This document shows, in pieces, positions 1 through 7,080 of a stretch of DNA of 41,653 nucleotides. The notes under the pieces were generated by a model, which worked only from the letters and a program-made list of their open reading frames with translations, was not told the DNA's origin and made no database searches. How positions within the stretch are numbered: the stretch's first letter is position 1; the number at the start of each line of letters is the position of its first letter. Source of the stretch: a virus (Duplodnaviria > Caudoviricetes); IMG/VR virus record IMGVR_UViG_3300034349_000003, positions 1-41,653 of that record. One strand, given 5' to 3'. Position numbers and translations under genes: made by a program.

Positions 1-127
1 CGTCAGCTTGCAAGTCGTGACGGAATCCGACCTCGACAACCAAGCGAAGCAGACGCTGTACGCTGTGATGGAAGCCCGCGACAACGCGGCAATCGCCATC
101 GACCGCGCAGAATCCTCAGGCGCTGTG
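1..127. repeat. 127-nt terminal overlap, identical to 41527-41653 (assembly circularisation)
   Basis: Exact match of the first and last 127 nt. It lies inside a CDS, and 127 is a common assembler k-mer length. Confidence 0.95.
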
Positions 128-1537
128 GCTGTAGAAGCCAACCTGACCTCGCAAGAGGCACTGGCCAAAGCAGAGCAGGCGATTGTCACAGCTAACGCTG
201 CTGACTCCAAGGCCGACAACGCAGTTATCGTAGCAGGCCAAGCAGACGACAAGTCCGACGCAGCGCTTATCGCCGCACAGAACGCTGAAGATCACGCAAC
301 GAACGTAGAAGTGCTGGCGCAGCAGGCCGCAGACGACGCGGCAGCGGCAGCCGCTCTGGCTGGTACGGCCAACACCAACGCAGCAACAGCTCTTAGCACT
401 GCAAACGCCATTGACGCCAAGGCGCAGTCCGCTCTGGACGCTTCTGCTGACGCCGTAGTTGACGCAGCTAACGCACTCGCTGTAGCTACCGCAATTGACG
501 CCAAGGCGCAGTCCGCTCTGGACGCTTCTGCTGCTGCAACCTCTACCGCGAACACCGCGAACAGCACTGCGAACGCCATTGACGCCAAGGCGCAGACAGC
601 ACTGGACAACTCAGCAGCGGCGGTCAGCACTGCTAACTCCGCCAACTCCAATGCAAACGGGCGGCAGCCGGGTGACGCAACACTTACCGCGCTTGCGGCT
701 CTGGTGACTGCGGCAAACCAGTTGATTTACGCTACCGGCACCGACACTTTCGCCATGACTAGCCTGTCGCCGTACATGCGAGCACTCCTTGCGGAGACTA
801 CTGCCGCTGCTGCTAAGGCGAACATGAACGTGCTGGAAGTCGGCAAGGGTTACATCGACGGCTTCACGATGTTGTACACTGGGCGCCTGTCGTACACGAT
901 CACCGCTGGTAGTGCGTACATCCCGAGCACCGGGAAGGTCCTCACTATGGCAGCAGACAAGGTCGTCACCGGCTTGTCTGGTCTGGCTGCTAGCTCGTTC
1001 TACCACTTCTACCTGTACGACAATGCTGGTACTCCAGATATTGAAATGTCGTTGATTGAGCCTGTGCGATTCCACGGTACGGCGTATCAGAAAACTGCCG
1101 ATCCTTCCCGTCGATACCTCGGCAGCATCCTGACCGGCAGTGGTTCCGCATTCTACGGATTCCGCCACGACCCGAAACAGGACACAGTGAACTACGTCGA
1201 GGCGCAGGCAGCCAACTCGCCGTTCACCCGGTACTCCGGCTTCTCTGGCACGTCTCCTACGTTTGTAAGCATGGCGGATATTCTGCCACGGGCTACTGCC
1301 ACCCGAGCACTAGGAACTTCCAATGCTGGCCCGTATGGGACACTCGCAGTATTCGCTATCCCCGAGCAACTTGCCTCACCGTCGAACGCTAACTGGATCA
1401 ACTTTGCGACGACTGGTCCTGTAGAGGTGCTTGTCTCCCGTCAGGCAGGCTTGCTTGGTACGTACTACGTGCAGTGCCAAGGCGTCGGAGGTTCCAGTAT
1501 CTCGCTCTACGTTTACGGCTACAAATTCGAACGCTAA
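1..1537 (+). CDS. Tail fibre, 3' part (gene starts at 41228 and wraps; about 611 aa in total)
   Basis: In frame with the T7 gp17-type N-terminus at 41228 across the 127-nt overlap. Has an Ala-rich coiled-coil, a QPGDATLTALAAL fibre motif and a beta-rich C-terminal receptor-binding-like domain. Confidence 0.9.
   Translation, partial: VSLQVVTESDLDNQAKQTLYAVMEARDNAAIAIDRAESSGAVAVEANLTSQEALAKAEQAIVTANAADSKADNAVIVAGQADDKSDAALIAAQNAEDHATNVEVLAQQAADDAAAAAALAGTANTNAATALSTANAIDAKAQSALDASADAVVDAANALAVATAIDAKAQSALDASAAATSTANTANSTANAIDAKAQTALDNSAAAVSTANSANSNANGRQPGDATLTALAALVTAANQLIYATGTDTFAMTSLSPYMRALLAETTAAAAKANMNVLEVGKGYIDGFTMLYTGRLSYTITAGSAYIPSTGKVLTMAADKVVTGLSGLAASSFYHFYLYDNAGTPDIEMSLIEPVRFHGTAYQKTADPSRRYLGSILTGSGSAFYGFRHDPKQDTVNYVEAQAANSPFTRYSGFSGTSPTFVSMADILPRATATRALGTSNAGPYGTLAVFAIPEQLASPSNANWINFATTGPVEVLVSRQAGLLGTYYVQCQGVGGSSISLYVYGYKFER
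410..607 (+). repeat. Three 84-nt (28-aa) periodic repeats in the tail-fibre shaft
   Basis: attgacgccaaggcgcag recurs at 410, 494 and 578 (AIDAKAQ[S/T]ALD). Confidence 0.9.
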
Positions 1538-1550
1538 TCCTTGAGGAACT

Positions 1551-1724
1551 ATGATGGACACGACCACTGTTGACGTGGCAATGAGAAACGCCCCGCCTAT
1601 CACGGTGGTCGGCATGGATTGGTTTATGAACTTCCCGGTAGACACGGCCCTTAAATGGGCCACCCTTGTCTGGATCGTTATTCAGGCAGGGTTCTACCTC
1701 CGGGACAAACTTCGGAGCAAATAA
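1551..1724 (+). CDS. Holin (T7 gp17.5-like, 57 aa; not in the ORF track)
   Basis: GAGGA RBS. Translation MMDTTTVDVAMRNAPPITVVGMDWFMNFPVDTALKWATLVWIVIQAGFYLRDKLRSK has hydrophobic segments and a basic C-tail. Located between tail fibre and terS. Confidence 0.8.
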   Translation: MMDTTTVDVAMRNAPPITVVGMDWFMNFPVDTALKWATLVWIVIQAGFYLRDKLRSK

Positions 1725-1725
1725 C

Positions 1726-2031
1726 ATGGCAGCATCTTCGGCCCGGTTGGGCTCCCTTCACGACCTGTTCACCCAATACTGGGAGGACCGGTTGGAGAAG
1801 TCAGCACTGGGTATGGAGGACGATGCGTGGATTCCATTCACGTCCGCCGACGCCGCTGTGCTGCGAGCATTCCTGAAAGACAACAACATCACCGCCGAAC
1901 CCGGTGGCGATAAAGAGGTAGCCGCCCTCGGCGCCAAGCTGGAACGCGAGCTGAAAGGCTCTGGCGTCAGCAAGGCAGAGCTTGACGAGGTCATGCGTGA
2001 CTTCCAAGAGACAATGGGTATCACTCACTAA
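1726..2031 (+). CDS. terS: Terminase small subunit
   Basis: FLKDNNITA motif typical of T7 gp18-like proteins; directly upstream of terL; GGAG RBS before ATG 1726. Confidence 0.85.
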   Translation: MAASSARLGSLHDLFTQYWEDRLEKSALGMEDDAWIPFTSADAAVLRAFLKDNNITAEPGGDKEVAALGAKLERELKGSGVSKAELDEVMRDFQETMGITH

Positions 2032-3809
2032 TGGCACAAGAACTGATCCGCACTGCGCGCCATGCGCAGTTGGAGCTGTTGCAAGAGCAGTACGAGCACT
2101 TCCTGCCATTCCTCGTGGCAGGTATGCGGTTCCTCGGCTTTAGCACAACTCCCGTCCAACAAGACATTGGATGCTTCCTTGAATTCGGCCCGAACGACCT
2201 GATGGTGCAGGCGCAGCGGTCCCAAGCGAAGTCTACTATCACCGCCATCTTCGCTGTGTGGTTCCTGATTAAGAACCCGCAGAACCGTATCCTGATTATC
2301 TCCGCTGGTGGGAAGCAGGCTAACGAAATCTCTACACTCGTGACCCGAATGATCCTGTCGTGGGACATCCTAGAATGTCTCCGCCCCGGCACTGACGACC
2401 GAACCTCTGTTGAGGCTTTCGACGTTCACCGTGACCTGAAGGGCATCGACAAATCGCCTTCTGTGGCGTGCATCGGTATCACTGGTAACTTGCAGGGCAA
2501 GCGTGCTGACCTGCTGATCGCTGACGACATCGAGTCCGCGAAGAACTCCCGCACCGCCCTGATGCGTGAACTGCTCCTGAACCTGCTGCGCGACTTCCCG
2601 TCGATCTGTGTGGGACGGGATGACACGCCGCCAAAGACCGTCTTCCTCGGTACACCGCAAACTGATGCGTCCGTATACAACACCCTGCCCGGTTCCGGGT
2701 ACTGCGTGCGTGTATGGCCGGGCCGCTATCCGGGCGTCGGTGAGGATGAAGTATACGGCGACACGCTCGCACCGTTCATCCGCCGCAAGATGGAAGCTGA
2801 TCCAAGCCTCCGTACCGGCTATGGCCCGACCGGTAAATCCGGCGCGCCAACTGACCCCGAACTGCTCGACGACCATGCTCTCTGCACCAAGGAGAACAAG
2901 CAGGGTCCGGCGTACTTCCAGCTCCAGCACATGCTCTGCACGATCCTCTCGGACGCCGCACGCTATCCGCTGAAGGCTGCACACGTCGTTGTCATGCGAC
3001 TGGGTGAAACGCTCCCGCTGCACTTCGTCCGCACCACTGAGGCCACCGGGCTCCGTCCGTATCAGGTGGGCTCGATCAAGTTCCAGATGTCCACGACCTC
3101 GTTCGTCTCTCCAGAAATGGCGAAGCCGACAGGCCGGGTGCTGGCTATCGACCCCGCTGGTGGCGGTAAGAACGGCGACGAGACTGGTATCGCTGTAGTG
3201 GACCAGCTCTCCGGCAACCTGTTCGTGCGGTACGCTGGCGCTGTCAGAGGCGGCTACGACACCGACACGCTCCAACAGATCGTGGCACTGTGTAAGCGGT
3301 TCCACCCTGACACCATCATCATTGAAAAGAACATGGGTCACGGCGCCTTCACTCAGGTGCTGCTCCCGCTGCTTCGTGCAGCAGACGTGTACTGCGCTGT
3401 GCTGGACGTGTTCAACAGCGGCCAGAAAGAGCAACGCATCGCTGACACCATCGAGCCAGTCGCGGCCCGTGGCAGCCTTGTGTTCGACGAGGACGTGATC
3501 GCAGAAGACTGGGCCTCCACTCAGATTTACCCTGCGGACAAGCGCCAACTCTACACGATGGTTCACCAGTTCACCAAGCTGACTCGGGACCGTGGCGCAC
3601 TCGCCAAGGATGACCGACTCGACGCTCTCGCAATGGCTATCGCATACTGGGTCAAGGCTCTCGGCCAAGACGCAGAGGTTGTGGCAGCAGCAGCGAAAGA
3701 GGCTGAGCTGATGAAGATGTTCAAAGATCCAATGCACTACGCACGCTGCACGCCTTACGGGCAGCACACAGGCTCCAAGTTCCCCTCCACTTTGAAGAAG
3801 AGACGCTAA
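2031..3809 (+). CDS. terL: Terminase large subunit
   Basis: Walker A variant QAQRSQAKST, Walker B LLIADDIE, LGTPQ coupling motif, nuclease motifs IDPAGGGKNGDETG and DDRLDALA. Confidence 0.95.
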   Translation: MAQELIRTARHAQLELLQEQYEHFLPFLVAGMRFLGFSTTPVQQDIGCFLEFGPNDLMVQAQRSQAKSTITAIFAVWFLIKNPQNRILIISAGGKQANEISTLVTRMILSWDILECLRPGTDDRTSVEAFDVHRDLKGIDKSPSVACIGITGNLQGKRADLLIADDIESAKNSRTALMRELLLNLLRDFPSICVGRDDTPPKTVFLGTPQTDASVYNTLPGSGYCVRVWPGRYPGVGEDEVYGDTLAPFIRRKMEADPSLRTGYGPTGKSGAPTDPELLDDHALCTKENKQGPAYFQLQHMLCTILSDAARYPLKAAHVVVMRLGETLPLHFVRTTEATGLRPYQVGSIKFQMSTTSFVSPEMAKPTGRVLAIDPAGGGKNGDETGIAVVDQLSGNLFVRYAGAVRGGYDTDTLQQIVALCKRFHPDTIIIEKNMGHGAFTQVLLPLLRAADVYCAVLDVFNSGQKEQRIADTIEPVAARGSLVFDEDVIAEDWASTQIYPADKRQLYTMVHQFTKLTRDRGALAKDDRLDALAMAIAYWVKALGQDAEVVAAAAKEAELMKMFKDPMHYARCTPYGQHTGSKFPSTLKKRR

Positions 3810-3810
3810 C

Positions 3811-4077
3811 ATGCGCATCACTGACCTGCCATCCCTCGGTCCACACTCCCGCTCGCACCACATCCGCCGCGACGTGGCCCAAGTCCTGTCCCAGATCAGC
3901 ACCGCTGCTTCCCGTGGCGCAGACCCTAGCACGCACGTAAAGGCATTCCGGGAATTCCTCGGAGCCTGTGCCAAAGAGCTGAAGGCTATCGAGAAGATCG
4001 AAGCCTCTCCGCTGTACGCCGTCGTCCCTGACGCGGTGGAACCAGAAGACAAGCAACTCTCCCTCGACGACATTTAA
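3811..4077 (+). CDS. Hypothetical protein (paralog of the N-terminus of 4087-4524)
   Basis: Tightly packed ORF; ungapped similarity to the next protein. Confidence 0.75.
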   Translation: MRITDLPSLGPHSRSHHIRRDVAQVLSQISTAASRGADPSTHVKAFREFLGACAKELKAIEKIEASPLYAVVPDAVEPEDKQLSLDDI

Positions 4078-4086
4078 GGAATCATC

Positions 4087-4524
4087 ATGCGCGCTACAAC
4101 TCTGAAACAACCGGGTCGCTTCTCCAACGCTGAACGCCTTCGCGTAGAGGTCGCTGTTGCGATCTCCCACGTCGAGACTGCCAAGGCCAAGGGCGCAACC
4201 GGTGACGGTGCCCTGCTCTCGGCGTTCCTGTCCGACGCAGCCTCTAAGACCCCGAACGCTGTTGCTCCAACCGTCGGTGCTACACAGAAGATCGTGACCA
4301 ACGGCGACACCGTCAACGTCGAGAACTCGGCAGGCGCACTGGACTCCCCGGCTACCGCCGTGGTCGCCGCTGGCGTCCTGACCGGTGTTAACTTGGCTGC
4401 GACCAAGACCATCCTCACCAACGCCCTGAAGTTCTCCGGCGTGACCATCACTGGCACCGGCACGTTCTTCACTCCGACCATCGTCAACGGTGTCCTCACC
4501 GGTGGCGTGCTCTCCAGCTCCTAA
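4087..4524 (+). CDS. Putative minor virion / head-fibre or decoration protein
   Basis: TAAGGA RBS, strongly biased codons, and a T/G/V-rich beta-type C-terminal half. Function is inferred. Confidence 0.6.
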   Translation: MRATTLKQPGRFSNAERLRVEVAVAISHVETAKAKGATGDGALLSAFLSDAASKTPNAVAPTVGATQKIVTNGDTVNVENSAGALDSPATAVVAAGVLTGVNLAATKTILTNALKFSGVTITGTGTFFTPTIVNGVLTGGVLSSS

Positions 4525-4535
4525 GAGGTTTCCAC

Positions 4536-5036
4536 ATGGCCGATCTTAAACGGTTGGCCCGTGTGGCTGTTGCAACACTGGCGATAAGCGCATCTGGCCT
4601 CGGCTTTATCTCGAAAGAGGAAGGCACGGTACAGCGAGTTTATTTGGACTCTATAGGACTCCCGACAGTTTGCACCGGACACATGGACCGCTCGATGAAG
4701 GTGGGCACTTTGTACTCGCCCGAGCAATGCGCAGAGCTGCTTCGCACGGACGTTAACTCCGCGAGCTACGCTGTACGCAAGTCAATCAAAGTCCCGCTAT
4801 ACCAATACGAATTCGACGCCCTCGTTAGCTTCTGCTTCAACGTAGGGAACGCGAACTGCACCACGAGCACGATGTTCAAGCTCATTAACCAAGGGTCGTA
4901 CCACGATGCGGGTCTACAGTTTAGACGCTGGCGTTATGCTGGTGGTCGTGATTGTTCTGTGCGTTCTAATGATTGCTACGGCGTGTATCTCCGGCGCCAG
5001 AGCGAGACGAACCTCTGGAACGGGAGCTACAAATGA
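4536..5036 (+). CDS. SAR endolysin, GH24 lysozyme
   Basis: N-terminal Ala/Gly-rich signal-arrest-release segment, catalytic E-x8-D-x5-T (EGTVQRVYLDSIGLPT), and FDALVSFCFNVG motif. Confidence 0.92.
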   Translation: MADLKRLARVAVATLAISASGLGFISKEEGTVQRVYLDSIGLPTVCTGHMDRSMKVGTLYSPEQCAELLRTDVNSASYAVRKSIKVPLYQYEFDALVSFCFNVGNANCTTSTMFKLINQGSYHDAGLQFRRWRYAGGRDCSVRSNDCYGVYLRRQSETNLWNGSYK

Positions 5037-5350
5037 AAGCCCTTCTCATAAAGATTGCCGCTGCTCTGCTGCTCAGTCTTACTCTTGCAGGAATGGCTGT
5101 GGGCTTGTATGAGCAACGACAGTCCCTCAAGGCCACAAGGATACAGCTCGATGAACAAGCACTCGTTGTGCAGGGGCTCAGGCAGTCTCAGGCACGAATA
5201 CAAACCTCGGTGGCGGCTGTGCGGCGTGTGTCGGACGATACGAACCGTCAGGTCCGTCAAGCTCTGGACAAGGAGCCTACCTTCCGGGATACTCCTGTGC
5301 CTCGTAGCGTCGCTGACGGGCTGTGTGGGCGCCTCCGCTGCGCTCCCTGA
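5033..5350 (+). CDS. Rz: Inner-membrane spanin (Rz-like)
   Basis: N-terminal TM helix, coiled-coil and Pro-containing C-terminus; ATGA overlap with the endolysin. Confidence 0.85.
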   Translation: MKALLIKIAAALLLSLTLAGMAVGLYEQRQSLKATRIQLDEQALVVQGLRQSQARIQTSVAAVRRVSDDTNRQVRQALDKEPTFRDTPVPRSVADGLCGRLRCAP

Positions 5351-5483
5351 TACGTCGGTAGCCTGCGTGCATCCAATCGTCTCCACCTCGACTGTGGGCG
5401 GCCTCGTGGAAGGTCTGACCTCCTACGCCGACGCCCTTGACACCTGCAACGCCCTGAACGGGCACTATGAACTGAAGGAATAG
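5226..5483 (+). CDS. Rz1: Outer-membrane spanin lipoprotein (Rz1-like); start uncertain
   Basis: Overlaps Rz in the +1 frame; lipobox LTGC; mature part CVHP...ALDTCNA. Nearest in-frame start codon is GTG 5226. Confidence 0.75.
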   Translation: MCRTIRTVRSVKLWTRSLPSGILLCLVASLTGCVGASAALPDTSVACVHPIVSTSTVGGLVEGLTSYADALDTCNALNGHYELKE

Positions 5484-5487
5484 AATC

Positions 5488-6012
5488 ATGGCTCAGACAA
5501 TGCTTGACGAAGTAACCAGCAAACCAGTCTCTATGCGCTCGCGCCGTGGGCATCTGTTGGTCACTGAACAGAACTACCCAACCGCTCGTTCTTACCGCAT
5601 GGCTATTGGAGTCGCGGCAGGAGAGCTTATCAAGTTCACCTTCGCTGCTCCGTTCGTTCTGACTACTCGTCGAGTAACTCTGATCGCAGCTCCGGCTGAC
5701 ACCGCCGTTGTGCTCACATCTTACGTTGCTGCGGACCTTACCGTTACGACTCCGGCAACTGAACCCGTGCGTGTGCATAACCGGGACATGGTTAACGGTG
5801 CCTTCACGACTACACTCGTGTTCCGTGGCGGTGCTGCTGAAGTCGATGACGATAACTTCTTGGATGAAGGCATCATTACCTCTAACCGCCCTGAAGATAA
5901 CCTGATGTCTCCGCGTGAGTTACCGGCTGGTGATTACTACATCATTATCTCCGGTGAAGAAGGAGCTAGTGCCCTGCTTGCAATGGAGTGGGAAGAGTTA
6001 ACGTCGGTGTAA
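5488..6012 (+). CDS. Hypothetical protein, last late gene
   Basis: AAGGA RBS, 174 aa, beta-rich; no motif recognised. Confidence 0.75.
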   Translation: MAQTMLDEVTSKPVSMRSRRGHLLVTEQNYPTARSYRMAIGVAAGELIKFTFAAPFVLTTRRVTLIAAPADTAVVLTSYVAADLTVTTPATEPVRVHNRDMVNGAFTTTLVFRGGAAEVDDDNFLDEGIITSNRPEDNLMSPRELPAGDYYIIISGEEGASALLAMEWEELTSV

Positions 6013-6021
6013 TGAAGCTGC

Positions 6022-6051
6022 GTACTAGGGTTTAGAGATAGACCTTAGTGC
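6022..6051 (+). terminator. 13-bp hairpin with GAGA tetraloop after the last late gene
   Basis: GTACTAGGGTTTA-GAGA-TAGACCTTAGTGC with three G-U pairs. No U-tract, so it may be a 3' stabiliser rather than an intrinsic terminator. Confidence 0.5.
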
Positions 6052-6262
6052 AGAGCCTCAGACCCAAATATGATATTCTTACGCGAGACGTCACCTAGGA
6101 CGAAAACTGCCCGCGTGTCCCCCGTAGGGCTGTCCGTGGTCGTCGCCACCTTGCCCGCGCTGAGTTCTGCCTATCTGTCCATGTGCCACCTCCTGACCTG
6201 ATTCGATAGAGCCATAGTGTCATAGGCCGGACAGGCTGTCAACGACTTTCTCGATAAACATT

Positions 6263-6280
6263 CTGGCACGGTTTGAGCTA
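6263..6280 (+). promoter_or_regulatory. sigma54-type -24/-12 site
   Basis: CTGGCACG-GTTT-GAGCT with GG-N10-GC spacing; the -12 box lacks TT. Confidence 0.4.
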
Positions 6281-6485
6281 CGCGATAGCACGGCACGGTG
6301 CTCGATGTCAACACAGGCTAGAAGCTCCTGAGATCGCACAGGAGACGCGCTAGGATCGAGCCCTAATCAGCACACGGAATCATCGCTAGAACGCCTCAGG
6401 CGCATAATCAGGCTACAAAGGCACTCATAAGCAGCCAAGAGAGCGAGCGGGAGCGGGCGCAGTCTGTCTTATCGCCGTGTTTCTA

Positions 6486-6506
6486 ATTGACGGCCTCTAG
6501 GTAAGA
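6486..6506 (+). promoter_or_regulatory. Phage RNAP promoter, copy 1 (near the genome end)
   Basis: ATTGACGGCCTCTAGGTAAGA is identical at four intergenic sites. Confidence 0.85.
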
Positions 6507-6542
6507 GATCAGCCGGACAGGTTTAAGTGCATCTGTCTAACG

Positions 6543-6631
6543 CAGAACCAAGCAACAACCATGCAGACCACACACAGACCAAATGACCAGACCAGAACCT
6601 CAGACCACAACACAGACGGTTGACACAGACG
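6543..6631 (+). repeat. Short CAGACC/CAGAACC repeat cluster
   Basis: CAGACCA at 6564, 6575, 6588, 6601; CAGACG at 6613, 6626; CAGAACC at 6543, 6593. Confidence 0.75.
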
Positions 6632-6688
6632 CACGACTATGATAACCGCACGTATGAACACAGGTTAATGATCGCACACGTACGCACG

Positions 6689-6706
6689 TAGCAAACATCA
6701 TGCCAA
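6689..6706 (-). promoter_or_regulatory. sigma54-type -24/-12 site
   Basis: The minus strand reads TTGGCATGATGTTTGCTA, close to the YTGGCACG-N4-TTGCW consensus. Confidence 0.6.
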
Positions 6707-6747
6707 AGGATAGCTATCGAGGATCAGACAATCTATCTAACAAAGGG

Positions 6748-6776
6748 TTGACGGATACCACACAAAGGAATAGAGT
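6748..6776 (+). promoter_or_regulatory. Early sigma70 promoter P1
   Basis: TTGACG-N17-TAGAGT. Confidence 0.8.
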
Positions 6777-6833
6777 TCGCCCTGTCACAAGGCAACACGC
6801 TACACAGTCACTCCCGAGGTTAGAAACAAAGGC

Positions 6834-6862
6834 TTGACGGGAAGGGACACACGCTGTAGAGT
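6834..6862 (+). promoter_or_regulatory. Early sigma70 promoter P2
   Basis: TTGACG-N17-TAGAGT, with A-rich upstream sequence (AGAAACAAAGGC). Confidence 0.85.
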
Positions 6863-6950
6863 TCGCAACATCAACAACGAGACAGGTTAGTAGCGTTAGG
6901 CGCGGCCCTCGGTAGTAGCAGGTAGGTCGAAAGGCTCAAAGCTTCTACGG

Positions 6951-6979
6951 TTGACAAGCAAGCAACATCGCTGTAGAGT
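6951..6979 (+). promoter_or_regulatory. Early sigma70 promoter P3
   Basis: TTGACA-N17-TAGAGT. Confidence 0.85.
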
Positions 6980-7046
6980 ACGCAACACAGCAACAAGTTA
7001 ACCCGAGCGGATGTTACGAGTAAGGTTAGCGGTAAGAAACAAAGGC

Positions 7047-7074
7047 TTGACAGCAACACGAAACGCTGTAGAAT
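7047..7074 (+). promoter_or_regulatory. Early sigma70 promoter P4
   Basis: TTGACA-N16-TAGAAT, with upstream AGAAACAAAGGC as in P2. Confidence 0.85.
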
Positions 7075-7080
7075 AGGCCA

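Noticed and set aside
2370-4073. Long minus-strand ORFs (also 21333-22328, 27751-28932, 30154-31203, 37630-38664)
   Set aside because: These are antisense shadows of strongly codon-biased + strand genes, with no RBS or protein motifs.
6487-6515. TTGACG inside the 21-bp motif as a sigma70 -35 box
   Set aside because: No consistent -10 hexamer 16-18 nt downstream; exact 21-bp conservation and placement fit a phage RNAP promoter.
6620-6646. Fifth early sigma70 promoter (TTGACA ... TATGAT)
   Set aside because: The spacer is only 12 nt to TATGAT and 15 nt to GATAAC.
6740-7075. CRISPR-like or antitoxin repeat array
   Set aside because: The recurring blocks are explained by duplicated promoters; they are not identical repeats with uniform spacers.
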